Below are positions 8,207-16,068 of a stretch of 64,000 bases of DNA, piece by piece. A program made the position numbers and the translations under genes. Under the pieces are notes generated by a model that ran no database searches, was not told where the DNA came from, and saw nothing but the letters and a program-made list of their open reading frames with translations. Position 1 is the stretch's first letter. Every line of letters begins with the position of its first letter. Source of the stretch: Patescibacteria group bacterium (GTDB lineage Bacteria > Patescibacteriota > Patescibacteriia > SG8-24 > DYFX01); NCBI GenBank assembly GCA_038062835.1, contig JBBTWH010000006.1:60-64059 (forward strand). The letters run 5' to 3'.

Positions 8207-9973
8207 CTACATCTCCTCCGGTGCCGAGAAACCCAGGAGCGCCATGCCGCGGACGAGCGCGGCGTCGGCGGCTTCGAGCAGCCGCAGCCGCGCGGCGCGG
8301 TCCTCCTTCGAAGCGGCGAGCACCTGCGCCTTCTCGTAGAGCGCGGCGACCGCCTTGGCGATGTCGTAAATCTGCGCGGCGACGAGCGAGGGTCGCGAGG
8401 ATTGGGCGGCGCGGTGGACGGCTTCGGGGAAGCGCGCGACGGACCAGGCCAAGCGGAACTCGGATTCTTTTTCGGATTCTGGGTCCCCCGCCTTCGCGGG
8501 GGGTGACATGTGGGACGCGGGGGGGGACACGGAGGAGGGCGCGGTTTCGGCGGCCTTCCGCATGATGCTGCGGATGCGGGCGTGCATGTATTGGAGGTAC
8601 GGGCCCGTCTTGCCGGTGAAGGACAGCGAGGCTTTCGGGTCGTAGACCATGTCGGAAGCGATGTCGACCTCGAGGAAGTGGAACTTCACGGCGGCGAGCG
8701 CGACCTGGCGCGAACGGCGGACGAGCTCATCGTCGGTGAGCGTCGGATGGCGCTGGCGGATCTCCAGCGCGGCGTCGGCCTCGAGCGCGGTCAGCAGGTC
8801 GTCAGCGTCGACGACGGTGCCTTCGCGCGACTTCATGCGCCCTTCCGGCAGGGTGACGTAGCCGTAGGAAAGGTGCTCGAGTTTCGTCGCCCACGGGTAG
8901 CCGGCGAGTTCCAGGATCTTGAAGAGCTGGCGCATCTGGAGGTTCTGCTCGTTGCCGACGACGTACAGCGAGCGGTCGAGGCCGTAGTCCTCGAACTTCT
9001 TCTTGGCGAGATAGAGGTCCTGGGTGATGTAGAGCGCGGTGCCGTTGGAGCGCAGGAGGACCTTGTCGGGCATGCCGTACGGTTCGAGCTTCGCCTCGAC
9101 GTGGCCGTCCTCTCCCTTCATGAACGCGCCCTTGGCGACGCCTTCCTCGACGATGGCTTTGCCTTCCGTATAGATCTCGCTCTCCTTGTAGACGGCGTCG
9201 AAATGAAAACCGAAGCGCGCGTACGTCTCATGCTGGCCGCCGACGCACCATTCCCCCATCGTCTTCCAGAGCGCGCGGGTCTCGGCGTCGCCTTCTTCCC
9301 ATTTCTGGACGACAGACTGCGCTTCCTCTTCGAGGCCCGCTTCGCCGGCCTTCAGCTTCGATTCGAACATCACGTACCACTCGGCGACGAAGTGGTCGCC
9401 TTTCATGCCGGACGATTCGGGCGTCTTTCCTTCGCCCCATTTGGCGTACGCGACCATCGCCTTGGCGATGGCCAGGCCGCGGTCGTTCAGGATCATCGAG
9501 CGGACGACTTCGTGGCCTTGCGATTCAAGCAGCGCCGAGACCGATTCGCCGATCAGTCCGTTGCGGACGTGGCCGAGGTGGAGCGGCTTGTTGTTGTTGG
9601 GGCTGATGAACTCGACCATGACCTTCTCGTCGTGGCCGACCTTGCGGTCGCCGAAGCGCGCGCCGGTCTCGAGCGCTTCTTCGGTCGCTTTCGCGATGAC
9701 GGCGTCGCGGTCCAGGAAGAAGTTCAGGTAGGGGCCTTTCGCTTCCGCGCGCGCGAAGCCTTCCGGCAGGGAAATCGCGGCGGAGATTTCGGCGGCGATG
9801 GCCGCCGGCGCCTTCTTCAGATGCTTCGCCAGCGTGAAACACGGGAACGCCAGGTCCCCGTTCTCCGGCAGTTCAGGATATTCGAGCAGATGCTCGTGCA
9901 GGTCCGCGCCCGCCGCGGCGGAAAGCGCCGAGGCGAGATCGGAGCGGAGTTTTTCGATGAGGTACATGGACAT
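8207..9973 (-). CDS. argS: Arginine--tRNA ligase
   Basis: HIGH-type 'PNNNKPLHLGHVRN' and 'GRMKSREGTVV' motifs; 588 aa class-I ArgRS architecture. Confidence 0.9.
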   Translation of the reverse strand: MSMYLIEKLRSDLASALSAAAGADLHEHLLEYPELPENGDLAFPCFTLAKHLKKAPAAIAAEISAAISLPEGFARAEAKGPYLNFFLDRDAVIAKATEEALETGARFGDRKVGHDEKVMVEFISPNNNKPLHLGHVRNGLIGESVSALLESQGHEVVRSMILNDRGLAIAKAMVAYAKWGEGKTPESSGMKGDHFVAEWYVMFESKLKAGEAGLEEEAQSVVQKWEEGDAETRALWKTMGEWCVGGQHETYARFGFHFDAVYKESEIYTEGKAIVEEGVAKGAFMKGEDGHVEAKLEPYGMPDKVLLRSNGTALYITQDLYLAKKKFEDYGLDRSLYVVGNEQNLQMRQLFKILELAGYPWATKLEHLSYGYVTLPEGRMKSREGTVVDADDLLTALEADAALEIRQRHPTLTDDELVRRSRQVALAAVKFHFLEVDIASDMVYDPKASLSFTGKTGPYLQYMHARIRSIMRKAAETAPSSVSPPASHMSPPAKAGDPESEKESEFRLAWSVARFPEAVHRAAQSSRPSLVAAQIYDIAKAVAALYEKAQVLAASKEDRAARLRLLEAADAALVRGMALLGFSAPEEM

Positions 9974-9997
9974 GTCATCCCGGCGAAAGCCGGGATC
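9974..9997. repeat. Palindromic repeat element (GTCATCCC-GGCGAAAGCC-GGGAT) in argS 5' leader
   Basis: Member of the dispersed GTCAYCCCG hairpin family. Confidence 0.7.
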
Positions 9998-10037
9998 CAG
10001 TTCAATACGCGACGTTATAAAGGTTCCTGGATGTACT

Positions 10038-10063
10038 GGGCCCCGGCTTTCGCCGGGGTGACA
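10038..10063. repeat. Palindromic repeat element (inverted copy) abutting tyrS stop
   Basis: CCCCGGCTTTCGCCGGGGTGACATC is the reverse complement of the 9974-9997 element type. Confidence 0.7.
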
Positions 10064-11269
10064 TCACTTTTTCTTCATCAGTCGAACGAAGTACAGCTTA
10101 CCCTTCTGGAGGATGCTGCCCTTTTCAGGCGGGCGAATCTCCATGGAAGGATCATCGATCTTCTTGCCATCAATCTTGACGCCGCCGCTCTCGATGTCAC
10201 GACGAGCCTGCGAGTTCGAGAGGCCGAACGCTTTTGCGACGACTTCGGTCGAAGTCCGGACGCCATCCACGACAAAAATCTTGAGCGTATCAGGGCTCGG
10301 CATCTCGCCTTTCTGGAAGCGGGCCTTGAAAGAAGCTTCGGCGTCGTCCGTGGCTTTCGCGCCGTGATACATGGCGACGAGGCGTTTGGCGAGGCGCATC
10401 TTCACGTCGCGCGGGTTCTCCCCTTTCTTGAGCGCGGCCTTCTCCTGCCCGATCTCTTCCTTCGTATAATCGGCGGCGAGTTCCAGCCAGTTGTCGAGCG
10501 CGAAATCGGGGACCGACATCGTCTTGCCGAACATCTCGTCGGCGGAATCCATCACGCCGATGGTGTTGCCGAGCGACTTCGACATCTTCTCCTTGCCATC
10601 GGTACCGACGAGGATCTCGGTCGTCATCACGTCCTGAGGGATCATCCCCTTCTTGCTCATGAGAGCGCGGCCGGCGAGCATGTTGAAGGTCTGGTCGGTG
10701 GCGCCGATCTCGACGTCGGTCTTGAGCGCGATGGAATCGTAGGCCTGAAGCATCGGGTAGAGCAGCTCATGCATGTGGACGTCGGTGCCGGACGCGAGGC
10801 GTTTCTTGAAATCATCGCGCTCGATGATGCGGGCGACCGTGAACGACGCGCAGAGCGAGACGAAATCCACGGCCTTCATCTTACCGAGCCATTCGGAGTT
10901 GTAGCGGACTTCGACTTTCTTCACGTCGAGCACCTTGCCGACCTGCTTGAGGTACGTCTTGGCGTTCTCCTTGATCTCCTTGTCGGAGAGCATCGGGCGC
11001 GCCTTGGACTTGCCGGTCGGGTCGCCGATCTTGGCGGTGAAGTCACCGATCAGGAAGACGACCTCGTGACCCAAGTCCTGGAAGGCCCGGAGCTTGCGGA
11101 GCAGGACGGCGTGGCCGATGTGGAGGTCCGGGCGCGAAGGGTCGGCGCCGAGCTTGATGCGCAGCTTCCGGCCGGAGCGGAGCTTCTTCTCAAGGCTCTC
11201 GCGTACGATGACGTCGGCGACCTGGTGGGTCAGGAGATGGGAAATTTTCTGATCGATGTCGGGTTTCAT
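10064..11269 (-). CDS. tyrS: Tyrosine--tRNA ligase with C-terminal S4 domain
   Basis: 'PDLHIGHAV' HIGH and 'KMSKSLGN' motifs. Confidence 0.9.
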   Translation of the reverse strand: MKPDIDQKISHLLTHQVADVIVRESLEKKLRSGRKLRIKLGADPSRPDLHIGHAVLLRKLRAFQDLGHEVVFLIGDFTAKIGDPTGKSKARPMLSDKEIKENAKTYLKQVGKVLDVKKVEVRYNSEWLGKMKAVDFVSLCASFTVARIIERDDFKKRLASGTDVHMHELLYPMLQAYDSIALKTDVEIGATDQTFNMLAGRALMSKKGMIPQDVMTTEILVGTDGKEKMSKSLGNTIGVMDSADEMFGKTMSVPDFALDNWLELAADYTKEEIGQEKAALKKGENPRDVKMRLAKRLVAMYHGAKATDDAEASFKARFQKGEMPSPDTLKIFVVDGVRTSTEVVAKAFGLSNSQARRDIESGGVKIDGKKIDDPSMEIRPPEKGSILQKGKLYFVRLMKKK

Positions 11270-11296
11270 ACTTCAAGAATGTAGCGGTTGCGACCT

Positions 11297-11334
11297 AAAA
11301 AAACAACCCTCCAGCGCCTGACGGCTTCGGAGGG
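11297..11334 (-). terminator. Rho-independent terminator (minus strand) after gene 11353-11739
   Basis: CCCTCC...GGAGGG stem followed by TTGTTTTTTT when read on minus strand. Confidence 0.5.
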
Positions 11335-11352
11335 CAGGCCCCTTGTCGGGGA

Positions 11353-11739
11353 TCAGTTGGAGAGGCCGTCGTCCTTGGAGGCGCGGCGCCGGAGGAGCAG
11401 GTATGCCTGGCTGAGCGGATGCTCGGCTTCGCCCGAGAGCGGGTTCCATCTGAGGATCACGCGTTCGTCGCCCCAGATGAGGGCGTAGGTCCAGTCGGTG
11501 CCGCTGGCGTCAGTGCGGCCGACGAAGGCGAAGTTCGATCCGGCGACGCGGCCGCGGAACGCCTCGGCGCGGAAGCCGGAGGCGGGAATCGACGGCTCAT
11601 AGGCCTCGACGACGAACGGGCCTTCGCGGAGCGCGGCGAGGAAGCGCTCGGAGAGCCGACGGTTGACTCGGCGATCGGCGACGTAGGCGCTGGCGATGGC
11701 GGTCGCGGCGGCTCCAAGGAGCCAGTAGAACACTCGCAT
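11353..11739 (-). CDS. Hypothetical membrane-anchored protein (paralog-array member)
   Basis: N-terminal TM helix then Arg-rich 'RRVNRRLSERFL' segment as in neighbours. Confidence 0.4.
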   Translation of the reverse strand: MRVFYWLLGAAATAIASAYVADRRVNRRLSERFLAALREGPFVVEAYEPSIPASGFRAEAFRGRVAGSNFAFVGRTDASGTDWTYALIWGDERVILRWNPLSGEAEHPLSQAYLLLRRRASKDDGLSN

Positions 11740-11813
11740 GATCGGCCTCCTTTCAAATGATCCGCTTTCACGTTCTCATGACACGCGCTTGCCCGTCAAA
11801 GAAAAAGAGGCCT

Positions 11814-12258
11814 CTAAGAGGCCTCGCTATCGGGTTCGACCATCGGATATTTCTTCCGCAGCGCGCGGTAGATCCCGACAAACGGATGTCCGCCATCCTT
11901 GGACGTCTTGATCTCAGCATAGAACATCTCGCGTCCGGAACCGTCAAAGGCGTCACCGTGACCGAGGAAGAGGTGGTACCCTTCGGTGTCCCGGAAAGGA
12001 CGAAAGAGCCGGGTCAGGCAGAACGGCAGCGCGCCGGCCGTGCCGGTGAAGCTGTCGAGGAAGCCGCGGCCAATCGACGATTCTAAACGGAAGAACTCAG
12101 CGCGCAACTGGCCGTCGGCGGCGGCGTGCAGGAACGCACGCATCAGCAATCGGCGGTTCCGCCAGCGGCGGACGGTCTTGGGCGTCGGCAGGAGCTTGAA
12201 GGGGCCGACCAGGCCGAAGCACATCGCGATGAGGTAGATGAAACGGCCGACCTTACGC
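11814..12258 (-). CDS. Hypothetical membrane-anchored protein (paralog-array member)
   Basis: Start at internal ATG (MRKVGRFIYL...); TM helix then 'RRLLMRAFLHAA' resembling 'RRLMLRYFM' of 14258-14719. Confidence 0.4.
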
Positions 12259-12801
12259 ATGATGCCTCCCTTGCGACCGCAGGCGCGCCTCGCGCCTATG
12301 GCCGCGTTCGTCGAAGTACGAGACGTGGAGGCCGCCGACGCGGAGATCCTCGAGTCCGGCGAAGTACGCATCCCAGCGCACCTGCGTGACGGGCGTTTCC
12401 ATGGACGCGGAGGCAGCGATGGCGCCATCGACGTAGACGCACAGGACCGTGTGGAGCGTCTTGCCAACGCGCCGCTGGGTCTCGACGTACAGGAGGCGCC
12501 CGAAGGCGTCGCCGGTCGAACGCACCAGCGCCGTCTCGTAGGACATGACCAGGGCCTCGGAGATCGTGGTCACGTGGGGCTGGGTGGAGTACGCCATCGC
12601 CTCGCGGGCGATGCGGTTGAACTCCGCTTCATCGAGCCTCGGAGAGAAGCTCGGTGGCGGCTTTTCCGCCTCATCGCCCTTCGGGAAGAGGTCCTCATGG
12701 AGGAGCGCCCCGAGCGTCAGCGCCAGAGGTATCAGGTACAGGAATAGTAGGACGTACAAACCCGCAAGGACCGCGACGATGACGAGAATGAGCTTCAGCA
12801 T
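12253..12801 (-). CDS. Hypothetical membrane protein (2 TM + cytoplasmic domain)
   Basis: Start at MLKLIL...; hydrophobic N-terminus. Confidence 0.4.
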   Translation of the reverse strand: MLKLILVIVAVLAGLYVLLFLYLIPLALTLGALLHEDLFPKGDEAEKPPPSFSPRLDEAEFNRIAREAMAYSTQPHVTTISEALVMSYETALVRSTGDAFGRLLYVETQRRVGKTLHTVLCVYVDGAIAASASMETPVTQVRWDAYFAGLEDLRVGGLHVSYFDERGHRREARLRSQGRHHA

Positions 12802-12835
12802 CCAGACCTCCTTTGCTGAACGCCTCAAGCTAACA

Positions 12836-12870
12836 AAAAACCGGCCTCAGGTCAAGCCTGGGCCGGCGCG
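12836..12870 (-). terminator. Terminator with GTCAAGG-type loop
   Basis: AAAAAACCGGCC-TCAGGTCAAGCCTG-GGCCGG. Confidence 0.5.
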
Positions 12871-13373
12871 GTCGTGTCGGACACGGGAGATTCAAGGGGG
12901 TCGACGTGGCGCGCGGCCGCCGATTCCGCATCCGAGGCGGGCACCGACAGTTCCGGCGCGGACGGGAGTTCCCCGCGCGCCGCCTTGAGCAGAGACTGGA
13001 TCGACGCGACCGGGATGGCGTTCCCGACGAAGGTCGCTTCGACGCGGAGCGTGCGGACGCCCGTCTTCGGCTGATGCAGCTCATAGAGCACCCACCATCG
13101 GAGCCGCATCCGGCTCGTGTCGAGGATGAGCGACAGCCTGCGCTCGCCGTATCGTACGTTGAACATCGTATCGTGCGCGCGATCCTCGTCGGACCGCAGC
13201 GGCGAGCTGAACGCGATCTCCCGTGCGGCGACGGGATCGGCGAGCAGGCGGACGAGGTCAGCCATCTCGCCGAGAATCTTTCTTCGGTCACGGAGGCGCA
13301 GGCGCCGCGCCCTCACGAGCGCGAAGGCGGCGAACGACAGGGCGATGCAGATGAGAACGATCAGAAACCACAT
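12852..13373 (-). CDS. Hypothetical single-pass membrane protein, paralog B
   Basis: AGGAGG RBS; 'MWFLIVL...' TM; clear paralog of 14258-14719 ('SDEDRAHDTMF' vs 'SDDDRAHAAIF'). Confidence 0.5.
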   Translation of the reverse strand: MWFLIVLICIALSFAAFALVRARRLRLRDRRKILGEMADLVRLLADPVAAREIAFSSPLRSDEDRAHDTMFNVRYGERRLSLILDTSRMRLRWWVLYELHQPKTGVRTLRVEATFVGNAIPVASIQSLLKAARGELPSAPELSVPASDAESAAARHVDPLESPVSDTTAPAQA

Positions 13374-13897
13374 GGGCCATCCTCCTTGTCGAGCTTATCC
13401 CAATCGACCATCTCCACCACGAGCTCCCGATCGCGTCGGGCGCGGAGGAGAACCTCGGGCGGGTAGGCGTCGAGCAGGCGGAAGAGCTTCTCCATCCGCT
13501 CGACGAACCACGGGCTCCGGCAGGCGCGGCCGTAGCCGGGCAGGCGGTCGTCGACCAGCGCAGGGTGCTTGAAATCGATGGCGTAGATCCACGCGCCTGA
13601 CTTCATGAAGTACGGGCGGCGCATCGAGACATGCAGATGCGTGTAATCCTCGAAGTAGATGAAGCACGAGCGCCGCCTGACCACGCCATCATCATCCCGC
13701 AAACCGAGACGACCCAGACTCTCGAACGGCGGATCGCGCTTCTCGGCCTGCGCGATGATGCGGTCGAGAAGCGGCAGAAGCACGTCCTTGACGGCCCGTC
13801 CCTCGCTCCAACCTTTGTAGCGAAGGTACGCGAGCATGGACCCGGGAACGACGGAGAAGCCGAAGGCGGCGGCGGCGACGGACGTGAGGATCGGCAT
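13361..13897 (-). CDS. Hypothetical protein with hydrophobic N-terminus
   Basis: 178-aa ORF immediately upstream of paralog B with small overlap. Confidence 0.45.
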   Translation of the reverse strand: MPILTSVAAAAFGFSVVPGSMLAYLRYKGWSEGRAVKDVLLPLLDRIIAQAEKRDPPFESLGRLGLRDDDGVVRRRSCFIYFEDYTHLHVSMRRPYFMKSGAWIYAIDFKHPALVDDRLPGYGRACRSPWFVERMEKLFRLLDAYPPEVLLRARRDRELVVEMVDWDKLDKEDGPCGF

Positions 13898-13925
13898 GAT
13901 GAACCCCTTTCGGAAGGTGCTGAGG

Positions 13926-13956
13926 CGAGGCTAACGAAAAAGCCGCCCCGGGTCAA
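13926..13956 (-). terminator. Terminator with GTCAAGG-type loop
   Basis: AAAAAGCCGCCCC-GGGTCAAGG-GGCGGC. Confidence 0.5.
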
Positions 13957-14169
13957 GGGGCGGCGGTCAGGGCGGTCCGCAGCGGAAATCGTGCCGCTTC
14001 GGTGCCGGCGGTGGCGACGTCGAAGGCCAGCGCGACGGCTTCGGCGGCGGCGGCGCCACGCATGGGCCGGTACCCGAGGTCGGCGTACGGCTCCCGAAGA
14101 GGAGGAGGAGCACGAGAAGGGCGACGAAGGCGCTGACGATGACGATGAACAGTGAGGCGACGGACATGG
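13957..14169 (-). CDS. Small hydrophobic (single-TM) protein; coordinates uncertain by 10 nt because the 13981 line shows only 50 nt
   Basis: AAGGAG RBS before internal ATG (MSVASLFIVIV...); track ORF is 13967-14242. Confidence 0.3.
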
Positions 14170-14206
14170 GAACTCCTTCCGATGGGATGGAGACGAAGAT
14201 ATACGA

Positions 14207-14240
14207 AAAACCGGCTTCCGTCAAGGAAGCCGGTCTTACC
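14207..14240 (-). terminator. Terminator AAAAACCGGCTTCC-GTCAAGG-AAGCCGG (copy 1 of identical 33-mer)
   Basis: Identical to 14753-14786. Confidence 0.6.
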
Positions 14241-14257
14241 ACTTCTGACGAGAGCGT

Positions 14258-14719
14258 CTAGTTGGGGTCGACGGGCGCGGAGACTGTCGGTTCCGGCGCG
14301 GGCAGGAGTTCCCCGTGAGCCGCCTTGAGCAGAGCTTGGATGGACTCGACTGGGATGTCGTCCCCGACGAATGTCTCTCGGACGCGACTGAGGATAAGGA
14401 CGACATTATTCTCCCGATGCTGCAGCTCGTACATGACCGACCAACGGACGTGCCGGCGGCGCGTGTCTAGGATGAACGACAGCTGGCGCTGGCCATGCCG
14501 CGCGGTGAATATCGCGGCGTGCGCGCGGTCGTCATCGGACAGGAGCGGCGGCGTGAGAATGACTTCGCCCGCGCTGGCGGGATCGGCGAGCATGCGGACG
14601 AAGTCCTTCATGAAGTAGCGTAGCATCAGGCGTCGGGAGCGGCTAAGACTACGGTTCAGCTTAATTACGCTGGCGAAGTAGAACGACGCGATGACGACGA
14701 GAGCGAGGATGAACCACAT
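14258..14719 (-). CDS. Hypothetical single-pass membrane protein, paralog A
   Basis: GGAGG RBS before ATG (MWFILALV...); paralog of 12852-13373. Confidence 0.5.
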   Translation of the reverse strand: MWFILALVVIASFYFASVIKLNRSLSRSRRLMLRYFMKDFVRMLADPASAGEVILTPPLLSDDDRAHAAIFTARHGQRQLSFILDTRRRHVRWSVMYELQHRENNVVLILSRVRETFVGDDIPVESIQALLKAAHGELLPAPEPTVSAPVDPN

Positions 14720-14752
14720 GCGGACCTCCTTCAAGGTGCTGAAGGCTAAGCT

Positions 14753-14786
14753 AAACCAAAAACCGGCTTCCGTCAAGGAAGCCGGT
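14753..14786 (-). terminator. Terminator AAAAACCGGCTTCC-GTCAAGG-AAGCCGG (copy 2)
   Basis: 33 nt identical to 14207-14240. Confidence 0.6.
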
Positions 14787-14799
14787 CTTATCGGCGCGT

Positions 14800-15945
14800 T
14801 CAGTCGTGGAAGGTGATCGTGCAGGTCTTCTCTTCGCCGTTGCGGACGGCGACGGTCCCTTGCGCGGCGCAGTCGCCGCCCCAGACGGAGGCGGTGTACC
14901 CCGGCGGCACGACTCGATAGAGCGTGTAATCATCGGCCCTTATGGAGGACGGAAAACCGCTGACGACCTGCATGCTCCCGATGAACAGCTGGACGTCGCG
15001 ATCGGTGAGGCGTCCGCCGCGCGTGTTCCGGACCGACGCGGAAATCGTCAGCATCGGCGGGCGGTTGGACAGCGCGCCGTATATCGAGTCCGGGACGTCG
15101 TCGAAAACGATGAAGCAGGCGCGGGTCTCGTCGGCGGGGACGGTGACGACGCCGTCCGGCGAGCAATCGCCTGACCAGGCCGAGATCTTATAGCCGGGAA
15201 GCTTGCCGTGGTACAGCGTGTAGCTGCCGGGCATGACGTTGACGCCTTCCTGCGGCATCACGAGCGACTCGCCGACGAAGTAGTCGACGTCGCCCTCCTT
15301 GGCGGATCCGCCGTTGTCGTTGATGACGGTCGGCAGGATGATGATGCGCGTCTGGGATTTCGGCGCGGCCGTGAACGCGAGCGACGCGACGGAAGCCGGC
15401 TTCGGGGCCGCGAACATGGCCGCGGCGATACGGCGGACGCGGACGTCCTGCAGGTCGGCGGAGGCGTCGCGCTCGGCCTTCCACCAATACTGGTCAGGGC
15501 CGGTCACGGCGGAACCGCGACCGTATTCGGCCAGGGCGGCGTCAGGCAGGACGGCGACCTTGCGGTTCCAGTCGTCGCCGTATATCACGCGCGCCACGGA
15601 TTCGCCCGCGAGCCAGCGCAAGGCGCCGTCGCGGTCGATGGCGTAGACGCGAGACTCGCTCGCGCCCTTGACCGGACGGATTCCGGGACGCAGCGGCGCG
15701 ACGCCGGCGAAAGGAAGTTTCGCCAGCTCGGCGTCGGAAACGGTGCGGACGGCGGAAAAATCCGGATACCAGGTCCGGTAGGTCTGCTCATCGAGGAATG
15801 CCACGCGCTGGCGATCGCCGGTGACGTAATAGACCGTGGGACCGGAACCTTTCACCGCTTCGCCGACATTGACGGCGGCGCTGGCCGACGGAACGGCCGA
15901 CAGCGAAACAACGGCCAGCATCGCGATAATAAGGCTCTTTTTCAT
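14800..15945 (-). CDS. Secreted hypothetical protein with two C-terminal ~45-aa Cys-containing repeats
   Basis: Signal peptide 'MKKSLIIAMLAVVSLSAVPSASA'; repeats 'PGSYTLYHGKLPGYKISAWSGDCSPDG...' and 'DDYTLYRVVPPGYTASVWGGDCAAQG...'. Confidence 0.5.
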   Translation of the reverse strand: MKKSLIIAMLAVVSLSAVPSASAAVNVGEAVKGSGPTVYYVTGDRQRVAFLDEQTYRTWYPDFSAVRTVSDAELAKLPFAGVAPLRPGIRPVKGASESRVYAIDRDGALRWLAGESVARVIYGDDWNRKVAVLPDAALAEYGRGSAVTGPDQYWWKAERDASADLQDVRVRRIAAAMFAAPKPASVASLAFTAAPKSQTRIIILPTVINDNGGSAKEGDVDYFVGESLVMPQEGVNVMPGSYTLYHGKLPGYKISAWSGDCSPDGVVTVPADETRACFIVFDDVPDSIYGALSNRPPMLTISASVRNTRGGRLTDRDVQLFIGSMQVVSGFPSSIRADDYTLYRVVPPGYTASVWGGDCAAQGTVAVRNGEEKTCTITFHD

Positions 15946-16068
15946 GGTATTTCTGGGTTATTGCGAGAAATATCGACGAGCAAGCATAGCACGATAAAGC
16001 GGTTTTGTCAATGATTACTGGCACGCGCGACGAAAAAACCGCCCGGGGGATCCAGACGGTTCTTGTCG

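Noticed and set aside
8510-11284. 924-aa + strand ORF spanning argS and tyrS antisense
   Set aside because: Runs antisense to two well-supported aaRS genes across their intergenic palindromic elements. The translation is low complexity.
11270-11352. T-box leaders upstream of tyrS, trpS, valS
   Set aside because: Leaders are only ~30-100 nt with no specifier/antiterminator architecture. The tyrS upstream hairpin is a terminator of the preceding gene.
13957-14242. Coordinate inconsistency: the line labelled 13981 shows only 50 nt, and track ORF 13967..14242 decodes in-frame only if its stop is at labelled 13957-13959
   Set aside because: Treated as a formatting glitch rather than biology. Labels match the ORF track elsewhere (checked at 3836, 13361, 13897, 14258, 18759, 31721, 62609), so label coordinates are used throughout.
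12836-14786. GTCAAGG-loop hairpins considered as integron attC sites
   Set aside because: No R''/L''-L'/R' core-site organisation (GTTRRRY). The hairpins are short, perfect and followed by T-runs, consistent with rho-independent terminators.
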